A stretch of DNA of 32,000 nt from Flavobacteriaceae bacterium (GTDB taxonomy: Bacteria > Bacteroidota > Bacteroidia > Flavobacteriales > Flavobacteriaceae): positions 4,650,001 through 4,682,000 of the forward strand of contig OZ245049.1 in NCBI GenBank assembly GCA_965224465.1, given 5' to 3'. The position numbers and the translations under genes were made by a program. The number at the start of each line of letters is the position of its first letter. Positions within the stretch are counted from its first letter, which is position 1. Below are positions 27,548-32,000 of the stretch, piece after piece. The notes under the pieces were generated by a model. That model saw only the letters and a list, made by a program, of their open reading frames with translations. It did not search any database and was not told the origin of the DNA.

Positions 27548-28453
27548 TTAAAATATAATAGAAACTGAAAAATTGTGGGAGAATAGTTTGAGTCTGCTAT
27601 TAGTAGTAGCTAGTGATAGCGTTTCTGTTGTATTCGAATTTTGCTCATTATTAGATAAATAGGATTGAATCAAATTGACGGATGCAGGCGTCTTTTTAAT
27701 TAATGTGATCTCTCCTAATCTCGTAAATCTATACCCAATGGATATGTTAGTAGCATTAATAAATTCAAATGATACATTTGAAAATACGGACCAACAGGCA
27801 TTGTTTTCTTTCACTTCTTGATTTGCGATTGAGCTATTGGTCTTAATTTGTGCCTGAAATGATTTGGAATATGTACGTAAGTTGAATTGAGCATTTGGGA
27901 CATGTGTTGTTGCTTTAATATTAGAATATCCAGCAGATACTCCACAATTCAAAACGATAGTAGAACGATTTATTTTTGCTGTAAAAATGTTTGTTGCCAC
28001 ACGCATCATGATTGTTGAATTACTAAGTTCAGAAACCATTAAATAGTTTCCAGAAGATGTTGTTGAAATGGTATTTGGTCCTATAACTTTAATCGAACTT
28101 ATAGATCCTGTTTCTTTCAATATTTGCTTCCCTATCACCTTGTAAATTATGCCAAAGGAAAATCTGTTATTCAGCGTGTAGCTGACTCCTGCTCCTAGAA
28201 AAAATCCAGGCTTAATTTTTCTATTCCCTGAGTGATCAATAAGCGCTACGTAAGTAAGGTTTGAGTTGGTTTCTGAGTCAAACATTAGACTATAGTCTCC
28301 CTGGATTAATAATTGAGAGATACCTGATTCAATTTTGAATTCAATATGGGGTAAACAGGTATACTGATGGTGATTCGTATTTTCATTTTGTGCTAAACTG
28401 CATAATGGTAGTAGCGTAATAGCTATCAAGGTTCTAAAATAGGATGATTTCAT
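27548..28453 (-). CDS. Outer-membrane beta-barrel protein, unknown family
   Basis: 301-aa ORF with a signal peptide (LLPLCSLAQ). It shows an alternating hydrophobic beta-strand pattern and a C-terminal ...FSVSIIF with terminal Phe, typical of OMPs. Confidence 0.6.
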   Translation of the reverse strand: MKSSYFRTLIAITLLPLCSLAQNENTNHHQYTCLPHIEFKIESGISQLLIQGDYSLMFDSETNSNLTYVALIDHSGNRKIKPGFFLGAGVSYTLNNRFSFGIIYKVIGKQILKETGSISSIKVIGPNTISTTSSGNYLMVSELSNSTIMMRVATNIFTAKINRSTIVLNCGVSAGYSNIKATTHVPNAQFNLRTYSKSFQAQIKTNSSIANQEVKENNACWSVFSNVSFEFINATNISIGYRFTRLGEITLIKKTPASVNLIQSYLSNNEQNSNTTETLSLATTNSRLKLFSHNFSVSIIF

Positions 28454-28488
28454 TTTTTATTGAATTATACCAAATACATTATCAAGTG

Positions 28489-28580
28489 ACGGTTTAGAAA
28501 TAGAATTATTTTTCAACAACGCTAGAACATAAAATAAACTATTTATATAGGTTATTTTGGGTTTTAATTGGTATTGTAGC
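28489..28580 (+). repeat. Repeat family A, copy 5 (left hairpin degenerate)
   Basis: ...TTTTTCAACAACGCTAGAACATAAAATAAACTATTTATATAGGTTATTTTGGGTTTTAATTGGTATTGTAGCT, directly followed by copy 6. Confidence 0.75.
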
Positions 28581-28690
28581 TAGGTGTAAAATGGAAGGAT
28601 AGTCTTGCTATCGTTCTGTTTTTTAACAACGCTAGAACGTAAAATAAACTATTTATATCGGTCGTTTTGGAGTGTAATTGGTGTTAGTAA
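28581..28690 (+). repeat. Repeat family A, copy 6 (full length, tandem to copy 5)
   Basis: GTAAAATGGAAGGATAGTCTTGCTATCGTTCTGTTTTTTAACAACGCTAGAACGTAAAATAAACTATTTATATCGGTCGTTTTGGAGTGTAATTGGTG. Confidence 0.8.
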
Positions 28691-28871
28691 CACTGAATTT
28701 AATCATAGTTGTGACAATAACTTAAATGGATACTATTGGTACATATGCAAAACAACTTTTTTAAAAAACTAATTTAAAGTTTGATTCAAAAACCCTCCAT
28801 CTCAGAAGGGCTTTGCTTTAATAGCGCTTGATGTATTTTATATATGATAGAATAAAACACGTCTAATCGGA

Positions 28872-29420
28872 CTAAATATCTATAGTTGAATTGTTATCCG
28901 TAGTATGAAGATTATTTCCATTAGAATCTTGTGCGCCTGTGTTTGCTTTAGGAGAATTGTTAGAGAAAACAGAGGTCTTATTTCCTTGTTTATCTGTAAG
29001 TTGTAGGATAAGGATATAAGCGGAAGCATCTACTTGTACATTAGGATACTGACCTTCAACCATCATATCTATACAAACCTTCCCCTCTACATTCTCGGAA
29101 CTCGCCATCTCCTTAAGTGATTCTTGAATCTCTTTTTTGTGAGTGCTTGCATTAACTCCAAAACCAATCCAAGAGAAAAAGCCGCTAACTCCACCGCTAA
29201 TATTATATTCTGAGACCATTTTATTGTACGTCTTTGAGCTTTCCATTCGCCTCAATTCGAAGCTGAATTTCCCCTTCATTTTAGCATAAGCTCCCGAGCC
29301 TGATACAGAGACTCCTACTCCAGATATTCTTCCTTTCTTAGTGGTTACTTTCCATCCATCTGCGCTAGTTGTTGTTCCATTAGCAATACTTAATTGTTGT
29401 TCATTTACAAGTAATTCCAT
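28872..29420 (-). CDS. Hypothetical protein, no recognisable family (beta-rich, Gly/Ser-rich, one glycine-aromatic hydrophobic patch)
   Basis: 182-aa ORF with no signal peptide. It contains GVGVSVSGSGAYAKMKG and SGGVSGFFSWIGFGVNAS. The C-terminal tail is low-complexity N/S/T-rich. It is the only long ORF in this interval. Confidence 0.5.
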   Translation of the reverse strand: MELLVNEQQLSIANGTTTSADGWKVTTKKGRISGVGVSVSGSGAYAKMKGKFSFELRRMESSKTYNKMVSEYNISGGVSGFFSWIGFGVNASTHKKEIQESLKEMASSENVEGKVCIDMMVEGQYPNVQVDASAYILILQLTDKQGNKTSVFSNNSPKANTGAQDSNGNNLHTTDNNSTIDI

Positions 29421-29961
29421 GATGATTAATTTTTTTAAAAAAAATATTTTCCTACTCTATTTAAACTAGGCTTTTCAGATTACGCCTTTGTAATAAAAAA
29501 ATGATAGTAGCTACTCAATCGAATCGTTGTTCTTATTTACATCTCAAAGAACGTATTATAAGATGCGTTTTACTAGCGTATAAATACTGATTTTTAAAAA
29601 CAGGTATTTGTACGTAACTGAATTCAATTCGCAAACGCTTTTTTTTTGATTAAATAATCCAACATTCCGATCTTCTTCCAATACCCTGAGGTCGTAATTC
29701 ATAGCAACTACCATATCCACCAAACACCTGCTGTAATTATTGACCGTACTTTTACTTTTTTCCGATAATAGGTATAAAACTAGGGATTGTCCAAAGGCAG
29801 GAATAAGTTTACATGCTTTTTCTAAGATAGTTTCTTTTTTTTTTCATAATTTTATGTTTTTAAAAATTGAATTCAACAACTATAAGGCAGTGCTTTTACT
29901 TTTGTATAGCATATAAGTGTAAAAGCTACCTTTAGGTTTAGTGCAACTACGTATACCTAAA

Positions 29962-30330
29962 ATGGATAAAAAAGACAATCAAAAGAACCAACCGACAGAT
30001 AAACAGCAGCAATCAGAGGAGGATTTAAACACAGAGCTCAAGCCTATTTCGAATGCAACTCTCAATGAAAAGGAACCTGCTAAACGAAAAAGAAGACAAG
30101 CGACTGAAGAACAACTAAGCAATCCGTTTCATGGAGTCAAACTAGTGCAGGTTTTAGAACGCCTAGTCGCATTTTATGGATGGGAGTATCTTGGAGAGCG
30201 TGTCAATATTCGCTGTTTCTTGTACAATCCTACGATGAAATCAAGCCTCGGTTTTTTAAGAAAAACCCCGTGGGCTCGATTGCATGTAGAGGATATTTAT
30301 TTGGAGATGCTGGATGAAAAAGAGGCATAA
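29962..30330 (+). CDS. DUF2132 / VF530-like small DNA-binding-fold protein with a K/E/Q-rich N-terminal extension
   Basis: The track ORF begins at GTG 29941; ATG 29962 (MDKKDNQ...) is more likely. The C-terminal NPFHGVKLVQVLERLVAFYGWEYLGERVNIRCFLYNPTMKSSLGFLRKTPWARLHVEDIYLEM matches the conserved VF530 pattern (LHGVTLE.IL..LV..YGW..L...I.I.CF..NPSIKSSLKFLRKTPWAR.KVE.LY). Confidence 0.75.
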   Translation: MDKKDNQKNQPTDKQQQSEEDLNTELKPISNATLNEKEPAKRKRRQATEEQLSNPFHGVKLVQVLERLVAFYGWEYLGERVNIRCFLYNPTMKSSLGFLRKTPWARLHVEDIYLEMLDEKEA

Positions 30331-30864
30331 CACCAAACGGATGCTGTTTTTTAGAGATTAGATACAAGTATTAGTACATTTTATTTAAAAGAAATTAAAT
30401 GAAGAAAATAATAATAAATTCGAAATTTACAGGCCATCAGAAATTACTTAATAACACTTTTACCAAGATTTAGTTTGTTTGGGCGTTCCCCAAGAGGGTC
30501 GGGCTATCCGCTATATCTTTTTTTTAAAAGAAAAAAAAGGATGCCGCTGCTATCCCTAACGCAAGGGGAGTAGTGAATGTAGATGGTCGGATGGATGAGG
30601 TGCTTGTTTCTCTTTTTTTTTGGTAAAAAAATAAGGGTGATTGTGTTTTCGGTTTTTAAGATTGTTTTTATCATTGGCTGTTTGCTTATTTATTTAAAAA
30701 ATATACAGTTGCTTATTCGGTACTGTTTCCTGTCTTAAACAGTTCTAAGTAGGGGAGGGATTGGAAAAATAAATGAGATGCTGTTTTTATAACGTATTGC
30801 GTATTAACGGTCGTGTTTGCTGTGTTTTTAATTTACACCCCTTTTTCTTGTTGTTAATTGTCTG

Positions 30865-30904
30865 TAAATAAAGGTTGTTGGGATTTGCGTATAACCTTTA
30901 TTTA
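30865..30904. promoter_or_regulatory. Perfect 12-bp inverted repeat (hairpin or operator candidate) about 175 bp upstream of the SIR2 gene
   Basis: TAAATAAAGGTT (30865-30876) and AACCTTTATTTA (30893-30904) are separated by 16 nt. Confidence 0.4.
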
Positions 30905-31077
30905 TGTATCTTTGAAGTGCGAGGTGCTTTATATGACCTTGTTTATTAATAGTTTTAATAATGCTCCCTGTGCTGTGGATATGATGGAAATAACCTCAAG
31001 TTTAAGGTTTCTGTTGTGGATATATGGGTGTTATGTATGGTCAAGGCTAAACAGCACATTAATATAAAGAATCAACT

Positions 31078-32000
31078 ATGTATAAGGAAAGTCTATTTGA
31101 ATTAATAAGAAAAGAAGAAGTTGTGATTTGGGCTGGTGCTGGATTATCACTTTACGCTGGTTTTCCCTCAGGTAAAAAGCTTGGCGAAATCCTTCTTGAT
31201 AACTTATCTATATCTGAAAAAGAGAATATAAATGTTAATCTTCCTCTACCTAATTTAGCCGAAGAATTCTATAGGATTAAAAACCATAATAGAAACTCAT
31301 TAATCAGGATATTAAATCAAACATTCATAGACAAAAAACCAATATCTACAGAATGTCATCAGAATATTGCACTCATTCCTCATTTTAAAACCATTATAAC
31401 TACTAATTATGATACGTTATTTGAAAATGCTTACCAGCAAAATGGACAATTAGTATACTCTGTAAAGCATATACCATATCTTGAAAATGGTAAAACTCAA
31501 ATATTCAAAGCTCATGGTGATTTGCAAGAACCTGATAGTATAATAATAACATACTCTGACTACAACAAATTCTTCAAAATTAATAGTGAGAATGGTGTTT
31601 ATTGGACTGTTATAAAAGAAAGACTTTCTACTAACAATGTTCTGTTTTTGGGATACAATATTGAAGATCCTAATGTTTCTATAATATTTGATAAAATTAC
31701 TGATGAGTTAGGTTCAAACAGAAAAGAATGTTTTCTTGTAGCTCCCGATTTACCTCCACAAAAAGTTAATGACCTAATTAGAAAAGGTATTAACTATATC
31801 AATTCTACTGCTGAAGTCCTAATTTCTGAATTGCTTCAAAATTTAAAAGAAAATACAATTGCGGATATTGAAAAAGGTAAAACAACAGCAGACACCTTTC
31901 GTCATTTTCTGTCAAATATTGATTTACTACCCGAATTAAAAGCAGAAAAGGAGGGCTTTAAGGTAAAGTCAATTAAAGGAAATAATGATAAAGTTGAGGG
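31078..32000 (+). CDS. SIR2_2-type (ThsA/DSR-like SIR2 superfamily) protein, 3'-truncated by the window edge
   Basis: Absent from the track because there is no stop in the window. My translation from ATG 31078 gives MYKESLFELIRKEEVVIWAGAGLSLYAGFPSGKKLGEIL...HFKTIITTNYDTLFENAY...IFKAHGDLQEPDSIIITYSDY...NNVLFLGYNIEDPNVSIIF... The motifs GAG.S, (T)TNYD, K.HG(D/S) and FLGYS..D.N are the SIR2_2 signature. The frame is open for 307 codons to the edge. Confidence 0.8.
   Translation, partial: MYKESLFELIRKEEVVIWAGAGLSLYAGFPSGKKLGEILLDNLSISEKENINVNLPLPNLAEEFYRIKNHNRNSLIRILNQTFIDKKPISTECHQNIALIPHFKTIITTNYDTLFENAYQQNGQLVYSVKHIPYLENGKTQIFKAHGDLQEPDSIIITYSDYNKFFKINSENGVYWTVIKERLSTNNVLFLGYNIEDPNVSIIFDKITDELGSNRKECFLVAPDLPPQKVNDLIRKGINYINSTAEVLISELLQNLKENTIADIEKGKTTADTFRHFLSNIDLLPELKAEKEGFKVKSIKGNNDKVE

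Noticed and set aside
28489-28690. Possible CRISPR array (tandem repeat pair)
   Set aside because: There are only two units of about 100 bp, directly abutting with no spacers. The same element is dispersed singly elsewhere, and no cas genes are present in the window.
30481-30570. GC-rich island as a tRNA or other structured RNA gene
   Set aside because: No cloverleaf can be drawn, and there is no GTTC.A..C T-loop motif. The arms around the T8/A8 centre are only weakly complementary. It is more likely a dispersed REP-like element, so it is kept only as part of the leader finding.
30858-31067. 69-aa ORF just upstream of the SIR2 gene
   Set aside because: It starts at TTG, runs straight through the 12-bp perfect hairpin, and is Cys/Trp/Tyr-rich with no family resemblance. 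I treat the region as non-coding leader.

Overview
AT-rich segment that looks like Bacteroidota, probably Flavobacteriia. The indicators are a SusC/SusD pair, a hybrid two-component regulator with an AraC tail, a PorP/SprF protein and DKNYY/DUF3667-type proteins. Four blocks are visible. (1) 1-4.7 kb holds the end of an IS66-family element, a PorP/SprF gene, and a divergent Nudix-type regulator / GH20 beta-hexosaminidase pair. (2) 4.9-17.2 kb is an accessory, heavily IS-scarred region. Two essentially identical IS30-family copies in direct orientation bracket a compact three-gene membrane cassette (GIDE-like polytopic protein, LemA, small 4-TM protein). The bracketed and adjacent DNA also carries IS256, IS3, Fic and tyrosine-recombinase fragments. 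Secreted or membrane cargo genes follow: a 198-aa secreted protein, an S41 peptidase, a zinc-ribbon membrane protein and a DKNYY lipoprotein. (3) 17.2-27.1 kb is a PUL core (HTCS regulator, SusC, SusD) with no adjacent CAZyme. (4) 27.4-32 kb contains a beta-barrel OMP, an orphan 182-aa protein, a DUF2132/VF530-like protein, a 747-bp structured non-coding stretch, and a SIR2_2-type (defence-associated) gene truncated by the window edge. An uncharacterised ~100-bp repeat occurs at least six times, always in the same orientation. I see no tRNA, rRNA or CRISPR array. The best candidates for something new are the IS30-bracketed GIDE-like/LemA/TM cassette, the edge-truncated SIR2 locus with its long leader, and the repeat family. 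All functional ideas for these are inference only. All homology calls come from reading motifs by eye; no searches were run.
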